A stretch of DNA of 64,000 nt from Marsupella aquatica (Eukaryota; Plantae; Marchantiophyta): contig OZ316891.1 in NCBI GenBank assembly GCA_973895155.1, forward strand, positions 8,743,875 to 8,807,874, read 5' to 3'. Position numbers and translations under genes: made by a program. The notes under the pieces are model-generated. The model did no database searches, was not told where the DNA came from, and worked only from the letters and a program-made list of their open reading frames with translations. This document shows, piece after piece, positions 63,100-64,000 of the stretch. Within the stretch, counting starts at the first letter, position 1. Each line of letters begins with the position of its first letter.

Positions 63100-64000
63100 T
63101 GTGCTTTTGGCTAGGTGTGTCAACAGTCCAACCTCACAAGATCTTTCACACACTTTCAACAACTACTTTGCTGCACTTTGAGACTGGCTTCATTCGACAC
63201 ACTTTTAAACATTCAATTCATGCAATTCTTTGAAGTGGGTTCAATCCACGTCTTGATTGCCGACATGGTCCTATCTCTCTTCCTCCTGCCAGACGCCAAA
63301 TTAAGTGAAGTTCCTGTTCTAGACAACATTCCCAACAGAGTGAAACGCATGAGAAACAATCAAGGCCTTGAGCTAGGAACTAGACCAAAATTGAGATGAT
63401 CTGTTTGGCTCAGGCCAAGAAGGTTGAGGCAGAGCTTGGATGTCAATAAGGTAGGGCAGCAGCGTCCGGCAGTGAAAGAGTCATAGTGAGAGAATCTAGA
63501 TTGTTTAGAGGAATCTCATCTCGAGCAGAATGATATGGTTTTGCCCAATAAGTGTTGCAGAAGGAGACCGAGAATAGGTTTGAACATTCCAACTGGTCTG
63601 TCGAGTCTTCCAATTGCCAGAGTGACCAATCTAATAGAGGTCAAGATCCCCATGGAGATCAAATTTTTGGTTAAACATGGAGTCATTTTAACACACAAGG
63701 TCATGGTGGTGTGTCGGGGGAAGACGGTAGTACAATTGTTGGGATAATCTGGACCGAACAAGACAACATCAACACATGTTCACAACAACCTCCATACACT
63801 CCGACATTGGAAGTATGTGGTTCACCTTGTCTGGGCTACATCCACAGCCGTGCGAGAAATCAAGTAATACAAAACAATCACACCGGATCCATAACCAATG
63901 TGCTAGAGCTCCTCCTCTCACCTTCTCACTCTATCTCCTTCTCACTCTATCTTGGAGAGTAAACTCCTTCAAGTGTGAGCGCGCACAAGTTTGTGTTCCC
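63100..64000 (-). mobile_element. Very decayed LTR-retrotransposon RT remnant
   Basis: LDFSHG followed by FGPDYPNNCTTVFPR, resembling LDL..GY and FGL.NAP..FQR. Many stops. Confidence 0.3.

Overview
Eukaryotic, repeat-rich land-plant DNA with spliceosomal introns (probably a bryophyte such as a liverwort; this is inference). The first 16.8 kb is a decayed L1-type LINE interrupted by two insertions: a 9.7-kb Ty3/Gypsy-type retrotransposon (4660-14387) and a 329-bp MITE. The Gypsy element is the highlight. Its polyprotein carries a DNMT3-like C5 cytosine methyltransferase between protease and RT and a PHD finger after integrase. Its repeats are split as A...B-A-B around a palindromic GACAGCTGTC junction instead of forming two normal LTRs. 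It has an apparent self-priming site rather than a tRNA PBS, and its leader holds six 25-bp palindromes and an antisense 5S-rRNA-derived segment. The rest of the window holds a 2-exon orphan gene, a potato-inhibitor-I gene, two dehydrin-like genes, an 8-exon HOP/STI1 gene, a 5'-truncated CRE-like retroelement, Harbinger-type Myb/SANT remnants, a foldback element, other decayed retroelements and several tandem repeats. All calls are by-eye motif and repeat recognition; no database searches were run.
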